Shown piece after piece: positions 10,107-20,312 of a stretch of DNA of 64,000 nt. Made by a program: the position numbers and the translations under genes. A model generated the notes under the pieces. That model worked only from the letters and a program-made list of their open reading frames with translations. It made no database searches and was not told where the DNA came from. The stretch's first letter is position 1. Every line of letters starts with the position of its first letter. The DNA lies in the NCBI RefSeq assembly GCF_002280555.1, contig NZ_NCEE01000005.1:55019-119018 (forward strand). Direction: 5' to 3'. Origin of the DNA: Sphingomonas sp. 32-62-10 (GTDB taxonomy: Bacteria; Pseudomonadota; Alphaproteobacteria; Sphingomonadales; Sphingomonadaceae).

Positions 10107-10262
10107 ATGTTTCGTTTTCTGAAGGTCGCCGTTGTTGGTCTCGCCGTCACCGGCACGGCTGCTTACGCCGCGGCACCGACTGCATTCTCAGCAGCTTGCA
10201 GCGCGGCTTGCTCGGCCGCCTGTGCGGTGATGGGCATCGATTGCGGAATGCCAAACTGCTGA
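10107..10262 (+). CDS. Small secreted Cys-rich peptide (51 aa), function unknown
   Basis: GGAGAG lies 7 nt upstream of the ATG. Sec-type signal peptide with AYA cleavage motif. The mature part is AAPTAFSAACSAACSAACAVMGIDCGMPNC. GC3 is lower than in neighbouring genes. Confidence 0.45.
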   Translation: MFRFLKVAVVGLAVTGTAAYAAAPTAFSAACSAACSAACAVMGIDCGMPNC

Positions 10263-10378
10263 TTTGAACGATTGGGTAGTGAAACCCGATCGAACGCTCA
10301 AATGAGAGTTCGGCTTGCAAGCGCGTCCGGCGCTGCCTGTTTGTGATATAACGGGGGCCGTATCCGCCAGTTTGGCGG

Positions 10379-10972
10379 TTAACGTTTGCGCACGAACCAG
10401 ATTGTTCGACCACCACAGGCAGGGTCTTCGTGGCGGTGATCAATTTCGACCAGGTCGGCGCGCACAAAGGCCTCGCGATACTCATGGGGCTGCAACGCCT
10501 CCTGATACAGTGCGTCGATGCCGCTATTCGCTGATGACGGATTTTTCGCCGGGCCGGTGTTGAACAGTGCACGCCCTTCTGGTGTTAGCCACGCGCCGAT
10601 CCGCTCGATCATCGCGGCTTGTTCGTCTCCGCGCAGATGGTACAGGCTGTCCCACGCCAATACGCCATCGTAAAACCCGTCCATCGCGACGCGGCGCATA
10701 TCGGCGTTGATCCAGCGGTGGCGCGGGAACCGCGTGCGGCAGAGCCCGACCATCTTCGGTGAAACATCGACGCCGGAGATCATGAAGCCCTTGTCGATCA
10801 GGTGCCGCGACACCGGTTCGCCAGCGCCGCAACCCAGATCGAGGATGCGCCCGCCCTTGGGCAGGAGCTGGATGAAGCGATCGAGCCAGGCGCGTTCGGT
10901 GAATGATTTGCGGCGGTCGCTGTCGAACCTGCTGCTGTTGCGTTCATAAAAGGCGGCAATCAGATCAGACAA
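10379..10972 (-). CDS. Class I SAM-dependent methyltransferase
   Basis: Motif I ILDLGCGAGEP and typical Rossmann-fold spacing. Confidence 0.85.
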   Translation of the reverse strand: MSDLIAAFYERNSSRFDSDRRKSFTERAWLDRFIQLLPKGGRILDLGCGAGEPVSRHLIDKGFMISGVDVSPKMVGLCRTRFPRHRWINADMRRVAMDGFYDGVLAWDSLYHLRGDEQAAMIERIGAWLTPEGRALFNTGPAKNPSSANSGIDALYQEALQPHEYREAFVRADLVEIDHRHEDPACGGRTIWFVRKR

Positions 10973-11109
10973 ACTTTATTCCCTGTTATCATGAAGTTGT
11001 CTTCATTCGACTATGCAGCAACGGAACCCAAATGACCGTCGGTCGTTCAATATCTAAGCGTCCCGAACCCGGATTGTCCGGACGACCGGCGCGTGAAGGA
11101 GCATGTGTC

Positions 11110-11280
11110 ATGGGTGAACTCACCGACAAGATCAAAGGCAATGTCAACGAAGCGATCGGCAAGATCAAGCAGAACAGCAATGATCCCGAGACGCAGGCCG
11201 ATGGCAAGGCGCAGGAACTGAAGGGCAAGGCCCAGCAGACCGCCGGCAAGATCAAGGGCGCCCTTGGCGACGATATCTGA
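11110..11280 (+). CDS. CsbD-family stress protein
   Basis: MGELTDKIKGNVNEAIGKIK...GKAQQTAGKIKGALGD, a typical CsbD repeat pattern. Confidence 0.85.
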   Translation: MGELTDKIKGNVNEAIGKIKQNSNDPETQADGKAQELKGKAQQTAGKIKGALGDDI

Positions 11281-11316
11281 TCGGGCGCTAGCCTGCCTTT
11301 AATGTACTGAAGACGA

Positions 11317-11356
11317 TCGGCCGTCCCGGATCCCCGGGGCGGCCGACTTGCTTTGC
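11317..11356 (+). terminator. Rho-independent terminator after the csbD-like gene
   Basis: 13-bp GC-rich stem TCGGCCGTCCCGG/CCGGGGCGGCCGA (one G-U pair), 4-nt loop, followed by CTTGCTTTG. Confidence 0.7.
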
Positions 11357-11638
11357 AGCACCCTGATTGTCGTGGCGATCTATCGCGAATCGGGCTGAAG
11401 GGTGGTTTTCGTTGGTGTGTTCGCGGCTCACATGCGCAGAAATCCGGTCGTAAGCGTGGCGGTACGATCGCGAAAGTGCGATGATGGTTCGGGTATCGAT
11501 TTCAAATATCGATCGAAAATTCGCGCTAGCCCAAATTAGGTACTTGGGGGCTTGCTAGCCCCGAAAACTTGCCGCTCTCGTCGCTGCTCACGGTCTGGGG
11601 GGGCAAGTGCAGTGAGTGATATCGTTGACGATGATTCG

Positions 11639-11965
11639 ATGTCATTTGTGCCCGTTCTTCCCTTTGCGCCCGAACAGTTCCAGGAAATCAGACATTGTGC
11701 CTTGGGCGTAAAGCTTCGCGCTGCGCGGCTCGCGGCGAACTTGTCGATTGAGGCTGTCTCCGAACGCACCCGCATTCGCGCCGTCTATCTGTCGGCCCTT
11801 GAAGAAGGGCGGCTCGACCAGTTTACCGCACCATTATACGCCGTCGGTTTTGCCAGCAGCTATGCGCGTGCGATCGGGCTGGATGCAGAATGGGCGGCGC
11901 AAGCGATGCGGCAGTTCATCGCCGATACCCCCAATAGCTGGCGCCGATCAGGCTGGGTGCACTAA
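11639..11965 (+). CDS. HTH (XRE/RodZ N-terminal-like) domain protein, short
   Basis: LGVKLRAARLAANLSIEAVSERTRIRAVYLSALEEG resembles the RodZ HTH. No TM or C-terminal domain follows. Start uncertain. Confidence 0.5.
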   Translation: MSFVPVLPFAPEQFQEIRHCALGVKLRAARLAANLSIEAVSERTRIRAVYLSALEEGRLDQFTAPLYAVGFASSYARAIGLDAEWAAQAMRQFIADTPNSWRRSGWVH

Positions 11966-11998
11966 AGGTCGTTGCAGACTGCATGTCGACGATGTGGA

Positions 11999-13654
11999 TC
12001 AGCGCTGCCTGATCGCACTGATCGTGGTGCCATTGGTGATCACTTCGATATCGGTTTTGACATGCAGCAGCTTGACGCCGGGTTGCGCAAGCGCGCGGTC
12101 GAGCGCGGGGGCGAATTGCGCAGTGGTCTCGACCGTTTCTGACCACGCCCCATAGGCCGTGGCCAGCAGCGCGAAATCGGGGTTGTGGAGCACTGTACCG
12201 CTAAGGCGTGCGGGATATTCGCGTTCCTGATGCATGCGGATCGTACCGTACCCGCCATTGTCGACGATGATGACGAGCATGTTGGCGCCGTGCTGGATCG
12301 CGGTTGCGAGTTCCTGCCCGTTCATCAGGAAATCGCCGTCCCCCGCCACCGCGACAACGGTCTTGTCAGCGCAGCGCAGCGCGCCTGCGACAGCGGCGGG
12401 GACGCCATAGCCCATCGCACCCGCGGTGGGAGCGAGCTGCGTGCCGGGGCTGCCATAATGCCAGTAACGGTGCCACCAGCCCGAAAAATTGCCCGCACCG
12501 TTGCAGATGATCGTCGCTTCGGGGTGAAGCCGCTCACGCATCGCTGCGACGCAGGGACCGAGATCGAGAGCAACATTGTCGCGCGGTTTGGGGGTCGACC
12601 AGTGGAGCCATTGCTCGTGCGCTTCGGCGCCATCGGATCGCGGCCATGCCGGCGCCTCCGCCCGGGCAAGCATATCGGCGAAATTGAATACCGGCGCGGC
12701 AATGGCCGTGTCAGCGCGGTAGACGCGGTTCAACTCGGCCGGATCGGGGTGGACATGGATCAGCTTCTGGCCGGGATGATCGGGCGTGATCAGCGTATAG
12801 CCGTCGGTCGTCGCCTCGCCCAGCCGCGCGCCAATCACCAGCAGCAGATCGGCTGCCTTGATCCGCTCGACGAGCTTGGGGTTCGGTCCATAGCCAAGGT
12901 TGCCTGCCCAAACAGGCGATGCATTGAAAATGGCATCCTGGCGTCGAAAAGCACCCGCGACCGGAATGCCCCAGTTCTGCGCGAAATGATCGAACGCCCC
13001 CGCCGTCCGCTTGTCCCAACCCGCGCCGCCGATGATCGCCACCGGGCTCTTGGCGGCGACGAGCTGGTCAAGCAGATCGCTATAATCATAGGGATCGAGC
13101 GCCGAGGGATGCCGGGTGACGGCGGATCGATCCGCCGCCTCGACCATGTCGCACAGCATATCCTCGGGCAGCGCGATCACCACCGGGCCGGGGCGGCCGC
13201 TCGTCGCAACATTGAAAGCGTGGGCGATATACTCCGGGATGCGGCGCGCATCCTCGATCCGCGTTGCCCATTTGCACAGGGGCGCGAACATCGCCGGGAA
13301 ATCGACTTCCTGAAAGCCCTCACGGTCGCGCATCCCGCGATCGACATCCCCGATGAACAGAATCATCGGCTGGCTATCCTGCATCGCCACATGCACGCCT
13401 ATGCTGGCATTGGTCGCGCCGGGCCCGCGCGTGACGAAGCAGATGCCGGGTCGCTGGGTCAGTGTGCCATCGGCACAGGCCATAAAGGCCGCGCCACCTT
13501 CCTGTCGGCACGTCACCACATCGATCTCGGGCGTGTCGTGCAACGCATCGAGCACCGCGAGGAAACTCTCGCCCGGTACCTGAAAGATGCGGTCGCACCC
13601 CTGCGCGATCAGGTTATCGACAAGAATGCGGCCGCCGGTGCGTTTGGTGCTCAT
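11999..13654 (-). CDS. Thiamine-pyrophosphate-dependent enzyme (acetolactate synthase-like)
   Basis: N-terminal TPP-Pyr domain (VTRGPGATNA) and C-terminal TPP-binding GDGDF...NGGYG motif. Confidence 0.9.
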   Translation of the reverse strand: MSTKRTGGRILVDNLIAQGCDRIFQVPGESFLAVLDALHDTPEIDVVTCRQEGGAAFMACADGTLTQRPGICFVTRGPGATNASIGVHVAMQDSQPMILFIGDVDRGMRDREGFQEVDFPAMFAPLCKWATRIEDARRIPEYIAHAFNVATSGRPGPVVIALPEDMLCDMVEAADRSAVTRHPSALDPYDYSDLLDQLVAAKSPVAIIGGAGWDKRTAGAFDHFAQNWGIPVAGAFRRQDAIFNASPVWAGNLGYGPNPKLVERIKAADLLLVIGARLGEATTDGYTLITPDHPGQKLIHVHPDPAELNRVYRADTAIAAPVFNFADMLARAEAPAWPRSDGAEAHEQWLHWSTPKPRDNVALDLGPCVAAMRERLHPEATIICNGAGNFSGWWHRYWHYGSPGTQLAPTAGAMGYGVPAAVAGALRCADKTVVAVAGDGDFLMNGQELATAIQHGANMLVIIVDNGGYGTIRMHQEREYPARLSGTVLHNPDFALLATAYGAWSETVETTAQFAPALDRALAQPGVKLLHVKTDIEVITNGTTISAIRQR

Positions 13655-13687
13655 GGTCAGGGGTTTAGCGATGGGCGGATCGATGCG

Positions 13688-15124
13688 CTACGCCTGATGA
13701 ATCGCCTTGGTGACCGTGTAACTCTCAAAGCCCTCGCGACCGCCCTCGCTGCCAAAGCCTGACAACTTCACGCCGCCAAAGGGTGTATCCGCCCCGCTGA
13801 TCGCGAAGCTGTTGATGCCGACCATGCCGGCCTCGATCGCGTCGCCGAGCAGGTTCGCGCGGCGGCCATTCTCGGTGAACGCAAAGGCGGCGAGGCCGTA
13901 GGGCAGGCGGTTGGCCTGTTCGATGGCGTCATCGAAATCCTTGAAGGATCGGCTGACGGCGACAGGACCGAATGGTTCGTTCGACATGATGTCGGCCTCA
14001 TTGGGTACATCGGCGAGCAGGGTGGGCTGGAAGAAGAACCCCTGATTGCCCATCCGTTCGCCCCCAGCCATCGTTCGTGCGCCCTTGGCCTTGGCGTCGT
14101 CGACCAAGCGTTCGATGGCACCGGGGCGGCGACCATTGGCGAGCGGCCCCATGCGGGTGGCGGGATCGAGCCCGTCGCCGACCGGCACCTGCGCGGTGCG
14201 CGCGGCGAACCCGGCCAGGAAATCCTCATAAATCGCTTCCTCGACATAGAAGCGCGTGGGCGAAACGCAGACCTGCCCGGCGTTGCGGAATTTCTGCGGC
14301 ACGACCATGTCGAGCGTCTTTTCCAGATCGCAATCAGCAAAGATCAGCACCGGCGCATGGCCACCGAGTTCCATCGTCGTCCGCTTCACGCCATCGGCGG
14401 CAAGGCGGAGCAGGTGCTGCCCGACCGGCACTGACCCGGTGAAGCTGATCTTCGCGGTGATGGGGGAGGCGATCAGGTGGCGGCTGACGGTGTCGGGCAC
14501 GCCGAACACCAGTTGCGCCACGCCCTTGGGCAGCCCCGCATCCTCCAGGCAATGCATGATTGCGCTGGTGCAGCCGGGTGTTTCCTCAGGCGGCTTACAG
14601 ATCACCGCGCACCCGGCGGCCAGCGCGGGGGCGAGCTTCTTGGCCATCAGATAGACCGGGAAATTCCAGGGCGAGAGCGCGGCGACGACGCCAACCGGCT
14701 GTTGGATGACGATCGATCGCTGACCCGTCGGGCGCACGAGCACGCGGCCATAATGGCGCAGCGCTTCTTCGGCGAACCAGTCGAACATCTGGGCTGAACT
14801 GATCACCTCACCGCGCGCCTCGGCGATTGGTTTGCCCTGTTCGCGCGTCATCAGCGTGGCGATCGCGTCGGCACGCGCGCGGATCAGGTCGGCGGCCTTG
14901 TGGAGAATAGCGGCACGCGCATTGACGTCCGTTGCGCGCCAGATCTTAAAGCCACGCTCGGCAGCGGCGAGCGCTGCATCGAGATCGGCGGTGGACGCCA
15001 GTGGCACTTCGGCGATCGCGTCGCCGGTTGCGGGGTTCACGACCGGTCGGGTCTCGCGGCCCTCGCCCGCGCGCCATGCGCCATCGACGAACAAGGCAAG
15101 GTCGGCGTCATAGCTGGCGGACAT
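13688..15124 (-). CDS. NAD(P)-dependent aldehyde dehydrogenase
   Basis: ALDH motifs FTGSVPVG, ELGGHAP and the catalytic Cys region (GQVCVSP). ATG 15124 is preceded by AAGGAGA. The track ORF extends further upstream. Confidence 0.9.
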   Translation of the reverse strand: MSASYDADLALFVDGAWRAGEGRETRPVVNPATGDAIAEVPLASTADLDAALAAAERGFKIWRATDVNARAAILHKAADLIRARADAIATLMTREQGKPIAEARGEVISSAQMFDWFAEEALRHYGRVLVRPTGQRSIVIQQPVGVVAALSPWNFPVYLMAKKLAPALAAGCAVICKPPEETPGCTSAIMHCLEDAGLPKGVAQLVFGVPDTVSRHLIASPITAKISFTGSVPVGQHLLRLAADGVKRTTMELGGHAPVLIFADCDLEKTLDMVVPQKFRNAGQVCVSPTRFYVEEAIYEDFLAGFAARTAQVPVGDGLDPATRMGPLANGRRPGAIERLVDDAKAKGARTMAGGERMGNQGFFFQPTLLADVPNEADIMSNEPFGPVAVSRSFKDFDDAIEQANRLPYGLAAFAFTENGRRANLLGDAIEAGMVGINSFAISGADTPFGGVKLSGFGSEGGREGFESYTVTKAIHQA

Positions 15125-15200
15125 GCGGGAATTCTCCTTGGCGATATGGTCGTTGCAGCGCAGATAGGGCCACAAAACGATCAATACGAGGGGAGATGCC

Positions 15201-16118
15201 ATGACCGATTTCACCGTGATGGCCAGTGGACTGCGCTTTCCCGAAGGCCCGGTGGCGATGCCCGATGGCAGCGTGATCCTGGTCGAAATCGAGGCGGGGC
15301 GGATCACGCGGGTGCGCCCGGATGGCAGCAAGGTATCCTTGGCGACACCGGGTGGTGGCCCGAACGGGCTGGCGGTGGGGCCGGATGGCAAGCTTTATTG
15401 CTGCAACAATGGCGGCTTCAATTATGTCGAGCACCCGAACGGCCTGCTGATTCCGCACGGCCAGGCCGACGATTATTCGGGCGGACGGATCGAGCGGATC
15501 GATATCGACACCGGCGCGGTCGAGATTCTGTACAAGGATGGCGATTTTGGCTGCGTGTTGCGCGGGCCGAACGACATTGTTTTCGATCATCACGGCGGCT
15601 TCTGGTTCACGGACCACGGCAAAACCCGGCCGCGCGAACGCGATGTGACCGGCATTTTTTACGCGAAAGCCGACGGATCGCATCTCGAGGAAGTCGTGTT
15701 CCCCAGCGAAAATCCCAATGGCATTGGCCTCTCGCCCGATGGCAACACGCTCTATGCGGCAGAAACCTATACTTGCCGCCTGATGGCGTTTCGGGTCACC
15801 GCTCCGGGCAAGGTCGATCAGGCGGGCGGGCTCGGCGGGGCAGGGATGCCGCTTTACCGCCCCGCCGGGTATAAATTCTTCGATTCGCTCGGGGTCGAGG
15901 AATGCGGCAATATCTGTGTCGCGACGATCGGCGAGAGCGGCATCTCGGTGATCTCCCCCGCGGGCGAACTGATCGAATTCGTGCCGACGCCCGATCCGTT
16001 CACGACCAATATCTGTTGGGGTGGCGCGGATCGGATGACGGCATACATCACGCTATCGGGAACGGGTCAGTTGATCACGATGCCTTGGAAGCGACCGGGA
16101 TTGGCGCTCGCCTATTGA
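15201..16118 (+). CDS. SMP-30/gluconolactonase/LRE-family protein
   Basis: LRFPEGPVAMPDGS and PNGLAVGPDG/PNGIGLSPDG beta-propeller repeats. Confidence 0.85.
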   Translation: MTDFTVMASGLRFPEGPVAMPDGSVILVEIEAGRITRVRPDGSKVSLATPGGGPNGLAVGPDGKLYCCNNGGFNYVEHPNGLLIPHGQADDYSGGRIERIDIDTGAVEILYKDGDFGCVLRGPNDIVFDHHGGFWFTDHGKTRPRERDVTGIFYAKADGSHLEEVVFPSENPNGIGLSPDGNTLYAAETYTCRLMAFRVTAPGKVDQAGGLGGAGMPLYRPAGYKFFDSLGVEECGNICVATIGESGISVISPAGELIEFVPTPDPFTTNICWGGADRMTAYITLSGTGQLITMPWKRPGLALAY

Positions 16119-16130
16119 ACTGAGCCTGCA

Positions 16131-16943
16131 TCAATGGCTCAAAAACATCGGATAGCTGGCGACCTCAAGAAATTGTTGCGTCACCCCACCAAAGACGTTC
16201 TCGCGAAGGCGGCTATGGCTGTAGGCGCCCATCACGACCCAGTCCGCTTCGAGTGCGGCGGCGGCGGCTGCTAGTGCAGTGCCGACATTCTGGGCGTCGC
16301 GGGGCCGCTCGATCACGTCGGCATGAATACCGTGGCGCGACAAATAACGGGCAGCGTCGGTTGACGGAAAGAAGGTGGGATCGTCGACTACGGTCACCAG
16401 TTTGACGGTTTTGGCATGGGCCAATAGCGGGATGGCAGCGCGGAGAGCATCGGCTGCCTCATGGCCTCCGGACCATGCGATCATCGCCGTGCCACAGATG
16501 AACAGCGGATTCGTACCCGCCGGCACGGCGAGTACGGGGCGGCGTGCCGTAAGCACGACGTCACCCACCAGTTTTGCCGCAAAGGGGTCGGCCTCGCCTT
16601 CGATCTGGTTGGCCGACAGAATGATAAGGTCAGACAACAGGGCGGCTTCGGCCAATCCATCGGCGGTAAAGCACGTGCTTGTCTGCATATCCCAAGGGAC
16701 ATTTTCAGCGCCGAGCTTTGCGGCGAGCGCGGCAATAAGCGCGGTTTCCTTGCGGTCAGCCTCGGCAAGGGCATCGGTAAGGAGGTAAGCGCCGCCAAAC
16801 GGATCCATCGCCATATATTGCTGGACGGGTGTGTTGACATGCAATGTAATATGGCCGTCAGTCAGACGCGCAATATCGAGCGCGGTCTGAACCCGAAGTT
16901 CATTGGCAGGACCACCATCGGCATACACAAGAATCGATCGCAT
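16131..16943 (-). CDS. Tandem universal stress protein (UspA family)
   Basis: Two Usp domains. The C-terminal motif is DWVVMGAYSHSRLRENVFGGVT. Confidence 0.8.
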   Translation of the reverse strand: MRSILVYADGGPANELRVQTALDIARLTDGHITLHVNTPVQQYMAMDPFGGAYLLTDALAEADRKETALIAALAAKLGAENVPWDMQTSTCFTADGLAEAALLSDLIILSANQIEGEADPFAAKLVGDVVLTARRPVLAVPAGTNPLFICGTAMIAWSGGHEAADALRAAIPLLAHAKTVKLVTVVDDPTFFPSTDAARYLSRHGIHADVIERPRDAQNVGTALAAAAAALEADWVVMGAYSHSRLRENVFGGVTQQFLEVASYPMFLSH

Positions 16944-17097
16944 CGGAGTGCCTTTCGAACATGAATGTCGTCGCCAACGCTCGCCGGTTGAGTCGGCGGC
17001 GGTTCAAAAAGTTTAGGGCGATGTCCCATCATGCGCTTTGACGGCGATCAATGTGGTGGTGGCGATCGTCATCAAGATATTACCGATAGGGGATGCC

Positions 17098-17790
17098 ATG
17101 CCGCGACATACCGAACGCCATCTCGTATCGCGGATCGGGTGGCTGCGCGCGTCGGTACTTGGCGCGAATGACGGGATCGTCTCAACCGCAAGCCTGATTA
17201 TCGGCGTGGCGGCTGCCGCGCAAAGCCCGGCGGCGATCCTGCTCACGGGCGTGGCGGCGCTGGTGGCCGGCGCCATGTCGATGGCAGCGGGGGAATATGT
17301 GTCGGTCAGCTCACAGGCCGATACCGAAAAGGCAGATCGCGCAAAGGAAGCCCGCGAACTAGCGGAAGACCCGGAGTCTGAGCTGGAGGAGTTGACGCGA
17401 ATCTATATGGGGCGGGGGCTCGAGCGCAAATTGGCATCGGACGTGGCTGCGCAGTTTACCGCCCGCGATCCATTAAAGGCGCATCTCCGCGACGAACTCG
17501 GTCTGAGTGCGCAATTGGAGGCAAGGCCCATTCAGGCGGCTCTGGCGTCTGCCGCGAGTTTCATGGTCGGCGCGGCCTTTCCGTTGCTGCTGGTGCTGGT
17601 GCTGCCCCAGCCAGTTTTGGCCTGGGGTGTGGGGATCGGTTCGATCCTGTTTCTAGCGGTTCTGGGCGTCGTCGGCGCGCGGGCGGGCGGGGCACCAGTG
17701 CTGCGCGCCACCATAAGGGTGACATTCTGGGGCGCGCTGGCGATGGCGATCACCGCAGCGGTGGGATTGCTGTTTGGGGCTGCCGTCTAG
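17098..17790 (+). CDS. VIT1/CCC1-family iron/manganese transporter
   Basis: LRASVLGANDGIVSTASLIIGV and the cytosolic acidic helix region (EKADRAKEARELAEDPESELEEL). Confidence 0.85.
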   Translation: MPRHTERHLVSRIGWLRASVLGANDGIVSTASLIIGVAAAAQSPAAILLTGVAALVAGAMSMAAGEYVSVSSQADTEKADRAKEARELAEDPESELEELTRIYMGRGLERKLASDVAAQFTARDPLKAHLRDELGLSAQLEARPIQAALASAASFMVGAAFPLLLVLVLPQPVLAWGVGIGSILFLAVLGVVGARAGGAPVLRATIRVTFWGALAMAITAAVGLLFGAAV

Positions 17791-17857
17791 CCGTTGACCC
17801 GCGCTTGCCGCCGGGACTAAGCGGCATCCGACCCTACCCCGTTTGCGGAGCCACCCC

Positions 17858-18565
17858 ATGAACAAGCTCTATCCCAATGCCGCCGCCGCGCTGGAAGGCG
17901 TGTTGTTCGACGGGATGACGATTTGCGCTGGCGGCTTTGGCTTGTGCGGCATTCCCGAACGGCTGATCGATGCGATTCGCGATGCGGGCACAAAGGATCT
18001 GACGATCGCGAGCAACAATGCCGGAATCGATGGCGAGGGGCTCGGCAAGCTGCTGCGCACGCGGCAGGTAAAGAAGATGATCAGCTCATACGTTGGTGAG
18101 AACAAGGAATTCGAGCGGCAATATCTGAGCGGTGAGCTTGAGGTGGAATTTTCGCCGCAGGGCACGCTCGCCGAACGGTGCCGGGCCGGTGGCGCGGGCA
18201 TTCCCGGTTTCTACACCAAGACCGGCGTCGGCACGCTGGTGGCAGAGGGCAAGCCGGTGATGGAGTTCGACGGACAGGAATATATTCTCGAACGCGGCAT
18301 CCGCGCCGATCTGTCGATTATCAAAGGTTGGAAAGCGGACGAAGCGGGCAACCTGATCTTCCGCAAGACCGCGCGCAATTTCAATCAGCCGATGGCGACT
18401 GCGGGCAAGGTTTGCGTTGCGGAAGTCGAGGAGATCGTGCCGGTGGGGTCGCTCGACCCCGATCAGGTGCATCTGGCTGGCATCTATGTGAACCGGCTGA
18501 TCCTCGGTGCGCCCTATGACAAGAAGATCGAATTCGTCACCACGCGCGAACGGGAGTCGGCATAA
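17858..18565 (+). CDS. scoA: 3-oxoacid CoA-transferase subunit A
   Basis: [14 protein letters not shown]...[10 protein letters not shown] motif. TAATG coupling to subunit B. Confidence 0.92.
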   Translation: MNKLYPNAAAALEGVLFDGMTICAGGFGLCGIPERLIDAIRDAGTKDLTIASNNAGIDGEGLGKLLRTRQVKKMISSYVGENKEFERQYLSGELEVEFSPQGTLAERCRAGGAGIPGFYTKTGVGTLVAEGKPVMEFDGQEYILERGIRADLSIIKGWKADEAGNLIFRKTARNFNQPMATAGKVCVAEVEEIVPVGSLDPDQVHLAGIYVNRLILGAPYDKKIEFVTTRERESA

Positions 18566-19200
18566 TGGCCTGGACACGGGACGACATGGCCGCGCGGGCG
18601 GCGAAAGAGCTTCAGGACGGGTTTTACGTCAATCTGGGCATCGGTATCCCGACCCTGGTGGCGAACCACATCCCGGCGGGCATGGACGTTACCTTGCAAA
18701 GCGAGAATGGGATGCTCGGCATCGGGCCGTTCCCTTATCCCGATCAGGTCGATCCCGATCTGATCAACGCGGGCAAACAGACGATCAGCGAGCTGCCGTC
18801 ATCGGTCTATTTCAGCAGTACCGACAGTTTCGCGATGATCCGCGGCGGGCATATCGATCTGACGGTACTCGGCGCGATGGAAGTCAGCGAAGGCGGTGAC
18901 ATTGCCAACTGGATGATCCCCGGCAAGCTGATCAAGGGCATGGGCGGGGCGATGGACTTGGTCGCGGGCGTCAAGCGCATCGTCGTGGTGATGGAGCACA
19001 CATCGAAAAACGGCGACCCCAAGTTCATCCCGGCCTGTACCTTACCGCTCACGGGCAAGAATGTGATCGACATGATCATCACCGATCTGGCGGTGTTCCA
19101 CCGGCCCGATCATGCCAGTCCGTTCGAGCTGGTCGAGCTCGCCCCCGGCGTGACGGCGAACGAAGTGCGCGCGAAAACGACCGCGCATTATACCGGCTGA
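18565..19200 (+). CDS. scoB: 3-oxoacid CoA-transferase subunit B
   Basis: LQSENGMLG catalytic Glu motif and GAMDLVAG. Confidence 0.92.
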   Translation: MAWTRDDMAARAAKELQDGFYVNLGIGIPTLVANHIPAGMDVTLQSENGMLGIGPFPYPDQVDPDLINAGKQTISELPSSVYFSSTDSFAMIRGGHIDLTVLGAMEVSEGGDIANWMIPGKLIKGMGGAMDLVAGVKRIVVVMEHTSKNGDPKFIPACTLPLTGKNVIDMIITDLAVFHRPDHASPFELVELAPGVTANEVRAKTTAHYTG

Positions 19201-19205
19201 CGCTG

Positions 19206-20183
19206 ATGCGCGTCCTGCTCACCGGATCGTCGGGCTGGTTGGGGCGCTATCTCGCGCCGTTGTTGCGCGGAGCGGGGCATCAGGTGACGGGGCTGGATGT
19301 CGCGCCCGGTGCCGATACCGATGTAATCGGCACGGTCGCCGATCGGGCGCTGATCGACCGGATATTTAGCGAGCGATCGATCGAGGCGGTCATCCACGCC
19401 GCCGCGCTCCACAAGCCTGATATCGCGCGGTACCCAACGCAAGCTTTTGTTGATGTGAACGTTATCGGCACGCTCAATCTGCTCGAAGCGGCATCGGCGG
19501 CGGGGCATGACCGGTTTATTTTCACCTCGACCACATCGCTGATGATCTCCGACGCGATCCGCCGGGCCGAGGGTGACCGGGCGGTGTGGATCGACGAGAC
19601 GATGGCCCCGCTCGAGCCGCGTAACATTTATGGCGTCACCAAATTGGCGGCGGAACATCTCTGCCGGCTGTTCCATCAGGAGCGCGGTCTGGCGTGCCTC
19701 GTCCTGCGGACCGGGCGGTTTTTCCCCGAAGACGATGACACGCACAAACAGCCATCGGGCGAAAATCTGAAGGCCAATGAACTGCTCAACCGCCGCCTGA
19801 CGGTGGAGGACGCGGCAATGGCGCATCTGGTGGCGCTGGATAGGGCGCCGGCAATCGGCTTCGGGACTTTCATCCTTTCGGCCCCCACGCCGTTCGCCCG
19901 CGACGATGTCGCCGCGTTGAAGGCCGATGCCCCGGCGGTGATCGCGCGCTATTTTCCGCAGGCGGCAGCACTTTATGCCGAAAAGGGCTGGGTGCTCCCC
20001 GCAACAATCGACCGGGTTTACGACGCCGAGCACGCCGAGCGCGTTCTGGGTTTTCGCGCTGCGACCGATTTTGGCAGCGTGCTCGATGCGCTGACGGCCG
20101 ATGGTCCGCTGCCGATCGCGCATGATGCAGCCTATGTCAGTCCAAAGGAGCAGCAGGCCGCGCGCCAAACTGTGTCAGGATGA
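19206..20183 (+). CDS. NAD-dependent epimerase/dehydratase family protein
   Basis: MRVLLTGSSGWLG Rossmann motif and the YGVTK catalytic YxxxK. Confidence 0.85.
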   Translation: MRVLLTGSSGWLGRYLAPLLRGAGHQVTGLDVAPGADTDVIGTVADRALIDRIFSERSIEAVIHAAALHKPDIARYPTQAFVDVNVIGTLNLLEAASAAGHDRFIFTSTTSLMISDAIRRAEGDRAVWIDETMAPLEPRNIYGVTKLAAEHLCRLFHQERGLACLVLRTGRFFPEDDDTHKQPSGENLKANELLNRRLTVEDAAMAHLVALDRAPAIGFGTFILSAPTPFARDDVAALKADAPAVIARYFPQAAALYAEKGWVLPATIDRVYDAEHAERVLGFRAATDFGSVLDALTADGPLPIAHDAAYVSPKEQQAARQTVSG

Positions 20184-20312
20184 CGCCGATTCTTTGGACG
20201 GGGGCGAAACGACCCACTTTCGCCCGATTCACGAAGCGCGTAAGGCTTGAATACGCAGCGAAGGCTCCAGAAGAGGGCCGCGCGCGGGCGGTCTGAGCGC
20301 GGGGGAAATCGG

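Noticed and set aside
11357-11638. Possible tRNA or other structured RNA gene in the long spacer (GGTTCGGGT segment near 11486)
   Set aside because: No cloverleaf can be drawn: there is no acceptor-stem complement and no T-loop GGTTCGAATCC-type consensus. The stretch is kept only as an unexplained non-coding region.
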